A stretch of 64,000 nt of DNA from Eledone cirrhosa (Eukaryota), in NCBI GenBank assembly GCA_964016885.1, contig OZ024744.1:22444001-22508000 (forward strand), given 5' to 3'. The number at the start of each line of letters is the position of its first letter. Position 1 is the first letter of the stretch. A program made the translations under genes and the position numbers. This document shows, one piece after another, positions 14,401 through 28,400 of the stretch. Below the pieces are notes generated by a model that was not told the DNA's origin, searched no databases, and saw nothing but the letters and a program-made list of their open reading frames with translations.

Positions 14401-15249
14401 AGATAACATAGGTGGGATGTTGTCGTGGTGGTCAGTTAGGTTGACATAGATAACATAGAGTGAGATGTTGTCGTGGTGGTCAGTTAGGTTGACATAGATA
14501 ACATAGAGTGAGATGTTGTCGTGGTGGTCAGTTAGTTTGACATAGATAACATAGCTGGGATGTTGTCGTGGTCAGTTAGGTTGACATAGATAACATAGGT
14601 GGGATGTTGTCGTGGTGGTCAGTTAGGTTGACATAGATAACATAGGTGGGATGTTGTCGTGGTGGTCAGTTAGGTTGACATAGATAACATAGGTGGGGTG
14701 TTGTCGTGGTGGTCAGTTAGGTTGACATAGATAACATAGAGTGAGATGTTGTCGTGGTGGTCAGTTAGTTTGACATAGATAACATAGGTGGGATGTTGTC
14801 GTGGTCAGTTAGGTTGTCATAGATAACATAGGTGGAATGTTGTCGTCGTGGTCAGTTACGTTGACATATATAACATAGAGTGAGATGTTGTCGTGGTTGT
14901 CAGTTAGGTTGACATAGATAACATAGAGTGGGATGTTGTCGTGGTGGTCAGTTAGGTTGACATAGATAACATAGGTGGGATGTTGTCGTGGTCAGTTAGG
15001 TTGACTTAGATAACATAGAGTGAGATGTTGTCGTGGTGGTCAGTTAGGTTGACATAGATAACATAGAGTGAGATGTTGTCGTGGTGGTCAGTTAGGTTGA
15101 CATAGATAAAATAGAGTCAGATGTTGTCGTGGTGTTCAGTTAGGTTGACATAGATAACATAGAGAGAGATGTTGTCGTGGTGGTCAGTTAGGTTGACATA
15201 GATAACATAGAGCGGGATGTTGTCGTGGTGGTCAGTTAGGTTGACATAT

Positions 15250-18200
15250 ATAACATAGGTGGGGTGTTGTCGTGGTGGTCAGTTAGGTTGACATAGATAA
15301 CATAGAGTGAGATGATTTCGTGGTGGTTAGTTAGGTTGACATAGATAAAATAGGTGGGATGTTGTCGTGGTGGTCAGTTAGGTTGACATTGATAACATAG
15401 GTGGGATGTTGTCGTGGTCAGTTAGCTTGACATAGATAACATAGAGTGAGATGTTGTCGTGGTGGTCAGTTAGGTTGACATAGATAACATAGAGTGATAT
15501 GTTGTCGTGGTGTTCAGTTAGGTTGACATAGATAACATAGAGTGAGATGTTGTCGTGGTGGTCAGTTAGTTTGACATAGATAACATAGGTGGGATGTTGT
15601 CGTGGTCAGTTAGGTTGTCATAGATAACATAGGTGTGATGTTGTCGTCGTGGTCAGTTACGTTGACATATATAACATAGAGTGAGATGTTGTCGTGGTGG
15701 TCAGTTAGGTTGACATAGATATCATATGTGGGATGTTGTCGTGGTGGTCAGTTAGTTTGACATAGATAACATAGAGTGAGATGTTGTCGTGGTGGTCAGT
15801 TAGGTTGACATAGATAACATAGCTGGGATGTTGTCGTGGTGGTCAGTTAGGTTGACATAGATAAGATAGCTGGGATGTTGTCGTGGTCAGTTAGGTTGAC
15901 ATAGATAACATAGGTGGGATGTTGTCGTGGTGGTCAGTTAGGTTGACATAGATAACATAGGTGGGGTGTTGTCGTGGTGGTCAGTTAGGTTGACATAGAT
16001 AACATAGAGTGAGATGTTGTCGTGGTGGTCAGTTAGGTTGACATAGATAACATAGGTGGGATGTTGTCGTGGTGGTCAGTTAGGTTGACATAGATAACAT
16101 AGGTGGGATGTTGTCGTGGTCAGTTAGGTTGACAAAGATAACATAGATGGGATGTTGTCGTGGTGGTCAGTTAGGTTGACATAGATAACATAGAGTGGGA
16201 TGTTGTCGTGGTGGTCAGTTAGGTTGACATAGATAACATAGGTGTGATGTTGTCGTGGTCAGTTAGGTTGACTTAGATAACATAGAGTGAGATGTTGTCG
16301 TGGTGGTCAGTTAGGTTGACATAGATAACATAGGTGGGATGTTGTCGTGGTGGTCAGTTAGGTTGACATAGATAAGATAGCTGGGATGTTGTCGTGGTCA
16401 GTTAGGTTGACATAGATAACATAGGTGGGATGTTGTCGTGGTGGTCAGTTAGGATGACATAGATAACATAGGTGGGGTGTTGTCGTTGTGGTCAGTTAGG
16501 TTGACATAGATAACATAGAGTGAGATGTTGTCGTGGTGGTCAGTTAGGTTGACATAGATAACATAGGTGGGATGTTGTCGTGGTGGTCAATTAGGTTGAC
16601 ATAGATAACATAGGTGTGATGTTGTCGTGGTCAGTTAGGTTGACATAGATAACATTGGTGGGATGTTGTCGTGGTGGTCAGTTAGGTTGACATAGATAAC
16701 ATAGAGTGAGATGTTGTCGTGGTGGTCAGTTAGGTTGACATAGATAACATAGGTGGGATGTTGTCGTGGTGGTCAGTTAGGTTGACATAGATAACATAGG
16801 TGGGATGTCGTCGTGGTCAGTTAGGTTGACAAAGATATCATAGGTGGGATGTTGTCGTGGTGGTCAGTTAGGTTGACATAGATAACATAGAGTGGGATGT
16901 TGTCGTGGTGGTCAGTTAGGTTGACATAGATAACATAGGTGGGATGTTGTCGTGGTCAGTTAGGTTGACTTAGATAACATAGAGTGAGATGTTGTCGTGG
17001 TGGTCAGTTAGGTTGACATAGATAACATAGAGTGAGATGTTGTCGTGGTGGTCAGTTAGGTTGACATAGATATCATAGGTGGGATGTTGTCGTGGTGGTC
17101 AGTTAGGTTGACATAGATAACATAGAGTGAGATGATTTCGTGGTGGTTAGTTAGGTTGACATAGATAAAATAGGTGGGATGTTGTCGTGGTGGTCAGTTA
17201 GGTTGACATTGATAACATAGGTGGGATGTTGTCGTGGTCAGTTAGCTTGACATAGATAACATAGAGTGAGATGTTGTCGTGGTGGTCAGTTAGGTTGACA
17301 TAGATAACATAGAGTGATATGTTGTCGTGGTGTTCAGTTAGGTTGACATAGATAACATAGAGTGAGATGTTGTCCTGGTGGTCAGTTAGTTTGACATAGA
17401 TAACATAGGTGGGATGTTGTCGTGGTCAGTTAGGTTGACATAGATACCATAGGTGGGATGTTGTCGTGGTGGTCAGTTAGGTTGACATAGATAACATAGG
17501 TGGGATGTTGTCGTGGTGGTCAGTTAGGTTGACATAGATAACATAGGTGGGATGTTGTCGTGGTCAGTTAGGTTGACAAAGATATCATAGGTGGGATGTT
17601 GTCGTGGTGGTCAGTTAGGTTGACATAGATAAAATAGGTGGGATGTTGTCGTGGTGGTCAGTTAGGTTGACATTGATAACATAGGTGGGATGTTGTCGTG
17701 GTCAGTTAGCTTGACATAGATAACATAGAGTGAGATGTTGTCGTGGTGGTCAGTTAGGTTGACATAGATAACATAGAGTGATATGTTGTCGTGGTGTTCA
17801 GTTAGGTTGACATAGATAACATAGAGTGAGATGTTGTCGTGGTGGTCAGTTAGTTTGACATAGATAACATAGGTGGGATGTTGTCGTGGTCAGTTAGGTT
17901 GTCATAGATAACATAGGTGGGATGTTGTCGTCGTGGTCAGTTACGTTGACATATATAACATAGAGTGAGATGTTGTCGTGGTGGTCAGTTAGGTTGACAT
18001 AGATATCATATGTGGGATGTTGTCGTGGTGGTCAGTTAGTTTGACATAGATAACATAGAGTGAGATGTTGTCGTGGTGGTCAGTTAGGTCGACATAGATA
18101 ACATAGGTGGGATGTTGTCGTGGTGGTCAGTTAGGTTGACATAGATAAGATAGCTGGGATGTTGTCGTGGTCAGTTAGGTTGACATAGATAACATAGGTG

Positions 18201-21200
18201 GGATGTTGTCGTGGTGGTCAGTTAGGTTGACATAGATAACATAGGTGGGGTGTTGTCGTGGTGGTCAGTTAGGTTGACATAGATAACATAGAGTGAGATG
18301 TTGTCGTGGTGGTCAGTTAGGTTGACATAGATAACATAGGTGGGATGTTGTCGTGGTGGTCAGTTAGGTTGACATAGATAACATAGGTGGGATGTTGTCG
18401 TGGTCAGTTAGGTTGACAAAGATAACATAGATGGGATGTTGTCGTGGTGGTCAGTTAGGTTGACATAGATAACATAGAGTGGGATGTTGTCGTGGTGGTC
18501 AGTTAGGTTGACATAGATAACATAGGTGTGATGTTGTCGTGGTCAGTTAGGTTGACTTAGATAACATAGAGTGAGATGTTGTCGTGGTGGTCAGTTAGGT
18601 TGACATAGATAACATAGGTGGGATGTTGTCGTGGTGGTCAGTTAGGTTGACATAGATAAGATAGCTGGGATGTTGTCGTGGTCAGTTAGGTTGACATAGA
18701 TAACATAGGTGGGATGTTGTCGTGGTGGTCAGTTAGGATGACATAGATAACATAGGTGGGGTGTTGTCGTTGTGGTCAGTTAGGTTGACATAGATAACAT
18801 AGAGTGAGATGTTGTCGTGGTGGTCAGTTAGGTTGACATAGATAACATAGGTGGGATGTTGTCGTGGTGGTCAATTAGGTTGACATAGATAACATAGGTG
18901 TGATGTTGTCGTGGTCAGTTAGGTTGACATAGATAACATTGGTGGGATGTTGTCGTGGTGGTCAGTTAGGTTGACATAGATAACATAGAGTGAGATGTTG
19001 TCGTGGTGGTCAGTTAGGTTGACATAGATAACATAGGTGGGATGTTGTCGTGGTGGTCAGTTAGGTTGACATAGATAACATAGGTGGGATGTTGTCGTGG
19101 TCAGTTAGGTTGACAAAGATATCATAGGTGGGATGTTGTCGTGGTGGTCAGTTAGGTTGACATAGATAACATAGAGTGGGATGTTGTCGTGGTGGTCAGT
19201 TAGGTTGACATAGATAACATAGGTGGGATGTTGTCGTGGTCAGTTAGGTTGACTTAGATAACATAGAGTGAGATGTTGTCGTGGTGGTCAGTTAGGTTGA
19301 CATAGATAACATAGAGTGAGATGTTGTCGTGGTGGTCAGTTAGGTTGACATAGATATCATAGGTGGGATGTTGTCGTGGTGGTCAGTTAGGTTGACATAG
19401 ATAACATAGAGTGAGATGATTTCGTGGTGGTTAGTTAGGTTGACATAGATAAAATAGGTGGGATGTTGTCGTGGTGGTCAGTTAGGTTGACATTGATAAC
19501 ATAGGTGGGATGTTGTCGTGGTCAGTTAGCTTGACATAGATAACATAGAGTGAGATGTTGTCGTGGTGGTCAGTTAGGTTGACATAGATAACATAGAGTG
19601 ATATGTTGTCGTGGTGTTCAGTTAGGTTGACATAGATAACATAGAGTGAGATGTTGTCGTGGTGGTCAGTTAGTTTGACATAGATAACATAGGTGGGATG
19701 TTGTCGTGGTCAGTTAGGTTGACATAGATAACATAGGTGGGATGTTGTCGTGGTGGTCAGTTAGGTTGACATAGATAACATAGGTGGGATGTTGTCGTGG
19801 TGGTCAGTTAGGTTGACATAGATAACATAGGTGGGATGTTGTCGTGGTCAGTTAGGTTGACAAAGATATCATAGGTGGGATGTTGTCGTGGTGGTCAGTT
19901 AGGTTGACATAGATAAAATAGGTGGGATGTTGTCGTGGTGGTCAGTTAGGTTGACATTGATAACATAGGTGGGATGTTGTCGTGGTCAGTTAGCTTGACA
20001 TAGATAACATAGAGTGAGATGTTGTCGTGGTGGTCAGTTAGGTTGACATAGATAACATAGAGTGATATGTTGTCGTGGTGTTCAGTTAGGTTGACATAGA
20101 TAACATAGAGTGAGATGTTGTCGTGGTGGTCAGTTAGTTTGACATAGATAACATAGGTGGGATGTTGTCGTGGTCAGTTAGGTTGTCATAGATAACATAG
20201 GTGGGATGTTGTCGTCGTGGTCAGTTACGTTGACATATATAACATAGAGTGAGATGTTGTCGTGGTGGTCAGTTAGGTTGACATAGATATCATATGTGGG
20301 ATGTTGTCGTGGTGGTCAGTTAGTTTGACATAGATAACATAGAGTGAGATGTTGTCGTGGTGGTCAGTTAGGTTGACATAGATAACATAGGTGGGATGTT
20401 GTCGTGGTGGTCAGTTAGGTTGACATAGATAAGATAGCTGGGATGTTGTCGTGGTCAGTTAGGTTGACATAGATAACATAGGTGGGATGTTGTCGTGGTG
20501 GTCAGTTAGGTTGACATAGATAACATAGGTGGGGTGTTGTCGTGGTGGTCAGTTAGGTTGACATAGATAACATAGGTGGGATGTTGTCGTGGTGGTCAGT
20601 TAGGTTGACATAGATAACGTAGGTGGGATGTTGTCGTGGTCAGTTAGGTTGACAAAGATAACATAGATGGGATGTTGTCGTGGTGGTCAGTTAGGCTGAC
20701 ATAGATAACATAGAGTGGGATGTTGTCGTGGTGGTCAGTTAGGTTGACATAGATAACATAGGTGTGATGTTGTCGTGGTCAGTTAGGTTGACTTAGATAA
20801 CATAGAGTGAGATGTTGTCGTGGTGGTCAGTTAGGTTGACATAGATAACATAGGTGGGATGTTGTCGTGGTGGTCAGTTAGGTTGACATAGATAAGATAG
20901 CTGGGATGTTGTCGTGGTCAGTTAGGTTGACATAGATAACATAGGTGGGATGTTGTCGTGGTGGTCAGTTAGGATGACATAGATAACATAGGTGGGGTGT
21001 TGTCGTTGTGGTCAGTTAGGTTGACATAGATAACATAGAGTGAGATGTTGTCGTGGTGGTCAGTTAGGTTGACATAGATAACATAGGTGGGATGTTGTCG
21101 TGGTGGTCAATTAGGTTTACATAGATAACATAGGTGTGATGTTGTCGTGGTCAGTTAGGTTGACATAGATAACATTGGTGGGATGTTGTCGTGGTGGTCA

Positions 21201-22150
21201 GTTAGGTTGACATAGATAACATAGAGTGAGATGTTGTCGTGGTGGTCAGTTAGGTTGACATAGATAACATAGGTGGGATGTTGTCGTGGTGGTCAGTTAG
21301 GTTGACATAGATAACATAGGTGGGATGTTGTCGTGGTCAGTTAGGTTGACAAAGATATCATAGGTGGGATGTTGTCGTGGTGGTCAGTTAGGTTGACATA
21401 GATAACATAGAGTGGGATGTTGTCGTGGTGGTCAGTTAGGTTGACATAGATAACATAGGTGGGATGTTGTCGTGGTCAGTTAGGTTGACTTAGATAACAT
21501 AGAGTGAGATGTTGTCGTGGTGGTCAGTTAGGTTGACATAGATAACATAGAGTGAGATGTTGTCGTGGTGGTCAGTTAGGTTGACATAGATATCATAGGT
21601 GGGATGTTGTCGTGGTGGTCAGTTAGGTTGACATAGATAACATAGAGTGAGATGATTTCGTGGTGGTTAGTTAGGTTGACATAGATAAAATAGGTGGGAT
21701 GTTGTCGTGGTGGTCAGTTAGGTTGACATTGATAACATAGGTGGGATGTTGTCGTGGTCAGTCAGCTTGACATAGATAACATAGAGTGAGATGTTGTCGT
21801 GGTGGTCAGTTAGGTTGACATAGATAACATAGAGTGATATGTTGTCGTGGTGTTCAGTTAGGTTGACATAGATAACATAGAGTGAGATGTTGTCGTGGTG
21901 GTCAGTTAGTTTGACATAGATAACATAGGTGGGATGTTGTCGTGGTCAGTTAGGTTGACATAGATAACATAGGTGGGATGTTGTCGTGGTGGTCAGTTAG
22001 GTTGACATAGATAACATAGGTGGGATGTTGTCGTGGTGGTCAGTTAGGTTGACATAGATAACATAGGTGGGATGTTGTCGTGGTCAGTTAGGTTGACAAA
22101 GATATCATAGGTGGGATGTTGTCGTGGTGGTCAGTTAGGTTGACATAGAT
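15250..22150 (+). repeat. 49-monomer, 2,284-bp higher-order repeat domain (about 3 copies; related copy at about 11.9-14.3 kb)
   Basis: Marker TTAGGATGAC has its first G at 13134, 16452, 18736 and 20972 (offsets 3318, 2284, 2236). I counted 49 monomers from 16444 to 18727. The 2236 offset equals 2284 minus one 48-bp monomer. Other markers are ATAAGATAGCT, TATCATATGT and GATGATTTCG. Confidence 0.85.
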
Positions 22151-23099
22151 AACATAGAGTGAGATGTTGTCGTGGTGGTCAGTTAGGTTGACATAGATAA
22201 CATAGGTGGGATGTCGTGGTGGTCAGTTAGGTTGACATAGATAACATAGGTGGGATGTTGTCGTGGTGGTCAGTTAGGTTGACATAGATAACATAGAGTG
22301 AGATGTTGTCGTGGTGGTCAGTTAGGTTGACATAGATAACATAGAGTGAGATGTTGTCGTGGTGGTCAGTTAGTTTGACATAGATAACATAGCTGGGATG
22401 TTGTCGTGGTCAGTTAGGTTGACATAGATAACATAGGTGGGATGTTGTCGTGGTGGTCAGTTAGGTTGACATAGATAACATAGGTGGGATGTTGTCGTGG
22501 TGGTCAGTTAGGTTGACATAGATAACATAGGTGGGGTGTTGTCGTGGTGGTCAGTTAGGTTGACATAGATAACATAGAGTGATATGTTGTCGTGGTGTTC
22601 AGTTAGGTTGACATAGATAACATAGAGTGAGATGTTGTCGTGGTGGTCAGTTAGTTTGACATAGATAACATAGGTGGGATGTTGTCGTGGTCAGTTAGGT
22701 TGTCATAGATAACATAGGTGGGATGTTGTCGTCGTGGTCAGTTACGTTGACATATATAACATAGAGTGAGATGTTGTCGTGGTGGTCAGTTAGGTTGACA
22801 TAGATATCATATGTGGGATGTTGTCGTGGTGGTCAGTTAGTTTGACATACATAACATAGAGTGAGATGTTGTCGTGGTGGTCAGTTAGGTTGACATAGAT
22901 AACATAGAGTGAGATGTTGTCGTGGTCAGTTAGGTTGACATAGATAACATAGGTGGGATGTTGTCGTGGTGGTCAGTTAGGTTGACATAGATAACATAGG
23001 TGGGATGTTGACGTGGTGGTCAGTTAGGATGACATAGATAACATAGGTGGGGTGTTGTCGTGGTGGTCAGTTAGGTTGACATAGATAACATAGAGTGAG

Positions 23100-26000
23100 A
23101 TGTTGTCGTGGTGGTCAATTAGGTTGACATAGATAACATATATGTGATGTTGTCGTGGTCAGTTAGGTTGACATAGATAACATTGGTGGGATGTTGTCGT
23201 GGTGGTCAGTTAGGTTGACATAGATAACATAGAGTGAGATGTTGTCGTGGTGGTCAGTTAGATTGACATAGATAACATAGGTGGGATGTTGTCGTGGTGG
23301 TCAGTTAGGTTGACATAGATAACATAGGTGGGATGTTGTCGTGGTCAGTTAGGTTGACAAAGATATCATAGGTGGGATGTTGTCGTGGTGGTCAGTTAGG
23401 TTGACATAGATAACATAGAGTGGGATGTTGTCGTGGTGGTCAGTTAGGTTGACATAGATAACATAGGTGGGATGTTGTCGTGGTCAGTTAGGTTGACTTA
23501 GATAACATAGAGTGAGATGTTGTCGTGGTGGTCAGTTAGGTTGACATAGATAACATAGAGTGAGATGTTGTCGTGGTGGTCAGTTAGGTTGACATAGATA
23601 ACATAGAGTCAGATGTTGTCGTGGTGTTCAGTTAGGTTGACATAGATAACATAGAGTGAGATGTTGTCGTGGTGGTCAGTTAGGTTGACATAGATAACAT
23701 AGAGCGGGATGTTGTCGTGGTGGTCAGTTAGGTTGACATATATAACATAGGTGGGGTGTTGTCGTGGTCAGTTAGGTTGTCATAGATAACATAGGTGGGA
23801 TGTTGTCGTCGTGGTCAGTTAAGTTGACATATATAACATAGAGTGAGATGTTGTCGTGGTGGTCAGTTAGGTTGACATAGATATCATAGGTGGGATGTTG
23901 TCGTGGTGGTCAGTTAGTTTGACATAGATAACATAGAGTGAGATGTTGTCGTGGTGGTCAGTTAGGTTGACATAGATAACATAGGTGGGATGTTGTCGTG
24001 GTGGTCAGTTAGGTTGACATAGATAACATAGCTGGGATGTTGTCGTGGTCAGTTAGGTTGACATAGATAACATAGGTGGGATGTTGTCGTGGTGGTCAGT
24101 TAGGTTGACATAGATAACATAGGTGGGATGTTGTCGTGGTGGTCAGTTAGGTTGACATAGATAACATAGAGTGAGATGTTGTCGTGGTGGTAAGTTAGGT
24201 TGACATAGATAACACAGAGTGAGATGTTGTCGTGGTGTTCAGTTAGGTTGACATAGATAACATAGAGTGAGATGTTGTCGTGGTGGTCAGTTAGGTTGAC
24301 ATAGATAACATAGAGTGAGATGTTGTCGTGGTGGTCAGTTAGGTTGACATAGATAACATAGGTGGGATGTTGTCGTGGTGGTAAGTTAAATTGACATAGA
24401 TAACATAGAGCGGGATATTGTTGTGGTGGTCAGTTAGCTTGACATAGATAACATAGGTGGGATGTTGTCGTCGTGGTCAGTTAGGTTGACATAGATAACA
24501 TATAGTGAGATGTTGTCGTGGTGGTCAGTTAGGTTGACATAGATAACATAGGTGGGATGTTGTCGTGGTGGTCAGTTAGGTTGACATAGATAACATAGGT
24601 GGGATGCTGTCGTGGTCAGTTAGGTTGACATAGATAACATAGGTGGGATGATGTCGTGGTGGTCAGTTAGGTTGACATAGATAACATAGGTGGGATGTTG
24701 TCGTGGTGGTCAGTTAGGTTGACATAGATAACTTAGGTGGGGTGTTGTCGTGGTGGTCAGTTAGGTTGACATAGATAACATAGAGTGAGATGTTGTCGTG
24801 GTGGTGAGTTAGGTTGACATAGATAACATAGGTGGGATGTTGTCGTGGTGGTCAATTAGGTTGACATAGATAACATAGGTGTGATGTTGTCGTGGTCAGT
24901 TAGATTGACATAGATAACATTGGTGGGATGTTGTCGTGGTGGTCAGTTAGGTTGACATAGATAACATAGAGTGAGATGTTGTCGTGGTGGTCAGTTAGGT
25001 TGACATAGATAACATAGGTGGGATGTTGTCGTGGTGGTCAGTTAGGTTGACATAGATAACATAGGTGGGATGTTGTCGTGGTCAGTTAGGTTGACAAAGA
25101 TATCATAGGTGGGATGTTGTCGTGGTGGTCAGTTAGGTTGACATAGATAACATAGAGTGGGATGTTGTCGTGGTGGTCAGTTAGGTTGACATAGATAACA
25201 TAGGTGGGATGTTGTCGTGGTCAGTTAGGTTGACTTAGATAACATAGAGTCAGATGTTGTCGTGGTGGTCAGTTAGGTTGACATAGATAACATAGAGTGA
25301 GATGATGTCGTGGTGGTCAGTTAGGTTGACATAGATAACATAGAGTCAGATGTTGTCGTGGTGTTCAGTTAGGTTGACATAGATAACATAGAGTGAGATG
25401 TTGTCGTGGTGGTCAGTTAGGTTGACATAGATAACATAGAGCGGGATGTTGTCGTGGTGGTCAGTTAGGTTGACATATATAACATAGGTGGGGTGTTGTC
25501 GTGGTCAGTTAGGTTGTCATAGATAACATAGGTGGGATGTTGTCGTCGTGGTCAGTTAAGTTGACATATATAACATAGAGTGAGATGTTGTCGTGGTGGT
25601 CAGTTAGGTTGACATAGATATCATAGGTGGGATGTTGTCGTGGTGGTCAGTTAGTTTGACATAGATAACATAGAGTGAGATGTTGTCGTGGTGGTCAGTT
25701 AGGTTGACATAGATAACATAGGTGGGATGTTGTCGTGGTGGTCAGTTAGGTTGACATAGATAACATAGCTGGGATGTTGTCGTGGTCAGTTAGGTTGACA
25801 TAGATAACATAGGTGGGATGTTGTCGTGGTGGTCAGTTAGGTTGACATAGATAACATAGGTGGGATGTTGTCGTGGTGGTCAGTTAGGTTGACATAGATA
25901 ACATAGAGTGAGATGTTGTCGTGGTGGTAATTTAGGTTGACATAGATAACACAGAGTGAGATGTTGTCGTGGTGTTCAGTTAGGTTGACATAGATAACAT

Positions 26001-28400
26001 AGAGTGAGATGTTGTCGTAGTGCTCAGTTAGGTTGACATAGATAACATAGAGTGAGATGTTGTCGTGGTGGTCAGTTAGGTTGACATAGATAACATAGGT
26101 GGGATGTTGTCGTGGTGGTCAGTTAGGTTGACATAGATAACATAGAGCGGGATATTGTTGTGGTGGTCAGTTAGCTTGACATAGATAACATAGGTGGGAT
26201 GTTGTCGTCGTGGTCAGTTAGGTTGACATAGATAACATAGAGTGAGATGTTGTCGTGGTGGTCAGTTAGGTTGACATAGATAACATAGGTGGGATGTTTC
26301 GTGGTGGTCAGTTAGGTTGACATAGATAACATAGATGGGATGCTGTCGTGGTCCGTTAGGTTGACATAGTTAACATAGGTGGGATGTTGTCGTGGTGGTC
26401 AGTTAGGTTGACATAGATAACATTGGTGGGATGTTGTCGTGGTGGTCAGTTAGGTTGACATAGATAACTTAGGTGGGGTGTTGTCGTGGTGGTCAGTTAG
26501 GTTGACATAGATAACATAGAGTGAGATGTTGTCGTGGTGGTCAGTTAGGTTGACATAGATAACATAGAGTGAGATGTTGTCGTGGTGGTCAGTTAGGTTG
26601 ACATAGATAACATAGAGCGGGATGTTGTCGTGGTGGTCAGTTAGGTTGACATATATAACATAGGTGGGGTGTTGTCGTGGTCAGTTAGGTTGTCATAGAT
26701 AACATAGGTGGGATGTTGTCGTCGTGGTCAGTTAAGTTGACATATATAACATAGAGTGAGATGTTGTCGTGGTGGTCAATTAGGTTGACATAGATATCAT
26801 AGGTGGGATGTTGTCGTGGTGGTCAGTTAGTTTGACATAGATAAAATAGAGTGAGATGTTGTCGTGGTGGTCAGTTAGGTTGACATAGATAACATAGGTG
26901 GGATGTTGTCGTGGTGGTCAGGTAGGTTGACATAGATAACATAGCTGGGATGTTGTCGTGGTCAGTTAGGTTGACATAGATAACATAGGTGGGATGTTGT
27001 CGTGGTGGTCAGTTAGGTTGACATAGATAACATAGGTGGGATGTTGTCGTGGTGGTCAGTTAGGTTGACATAGATAACATAGAGTGAGATGTTGTCGTGG
27101 TGGTAAGTTAGGTTGACATAGATAACACAGAGTGAGATGTTGTCGTGGTGTTCAGTTAGGTTGACATAGATAACATAGAGTGAGATGTTGTCGTGGTGGT
27201 CAGTTAGGTTGACATAGATAACATAGAGTCAGATGTTGTCGTGGTGGTCAGTTAGGTTGACATAGATAACATAGGTGGGATGCTGTCGTGGTGGTCAGTT
27301 AGGTTGACATAGATAACATAGAGCGGGATATTGTTGTGGTGGTCAGTTAGCTTGACATAGATAACATAGGTGGGATGTTGTCGTCGTGGTCAGGTAGGTT
27401 GACATAGATAACATAGAGTGAGATGTTGTCGTGGTGGTCAGTTAGGTTGACATAGATAACATAGGTGGGATGTTGTCGTGGTGGTCAGTTAGGTTGACAT
27501 AGATAACATAGGTGGGATGCTGTCGTGGTCAGTTAGGTTGACATAGATAACATAGGTGGGATGTTGTCGTGGTGGTCAGTTAGGTTGACATAGATAACAT
27601 AGGTGGGATGTTGTCGTGGTGGTCAGTTAGGTTGACATAGATAACATAGGTGGGGTGTTGTCGTGGTGGTCAGTTAGGTTGACATAGATAACATAGAGTG
27701 AGATGTTGTCGTGGTGGTCAGTTAGGTTGACATAGATAACATAGGTGGGATGTTGTCGTGGTGGTCAATTAGGTTGACATAGATAACATAGGTGTGATGT
27801 TGTCGTGGTCAGTTAGGTTGACATAGATAACATTGGTGGGATGTTGTCGTGGTGGTCAGTTAGGTTGACATAGATAACATAGAGTGAGATGTTGTCGTGG
27901 TGGTCAGTTAGGTTGACATAGATAACATAGGTGGGATGTTGTCGTGGTGGTCAGTTAGGTTGACATAGATAACATAGGTGGGATGTTGTCGTGGTCAGTT
28001 AGGTTGACAAAGATAACATAGGTGGGATGTTGTCGTGGTGGTCAGTTAGGTTGACATAGATAACATAGAGTGGGATGTTGTCGTGGTGGTCAGTTAGGTT
28101 GACATAGATAACATAGGTGGGATGTTGTCGTGGTCAGTTAGGTTGACTTAGATAACATAGTGTGAGATGTTGTCGTGGTGGTCAGTTAGGTTGACATAGA
28201 TAACATAGAGTGAGATGTTGTCGTGGTGGTCAGTTAGGTTGACATAGAGAACATAGAGTCAGATGTTGTCGTGGTGTTCAGTTAGGTTGACATAGATAAC
28301 ATAGAGTGAGATGTTGTCGTGGTGGTCAGTTAGGTTGACATAGATAACATAGAGCGGGTTGTTGTCGTGGTGGTCAGTTAGGTTGACATATATAACATAG
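23100..28400 (+). repeat. Second HOR-37 domain (periods of 1,737 and 1,176 bp)
   Basis: GAGCGGGATATT occurs at 24408, 26145 and 27321. The AAG of GTTAAGTTG occurs at 23821, 25558 and 26734. Both give offsets of 1737 then 1176. Confidence 0.85.
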
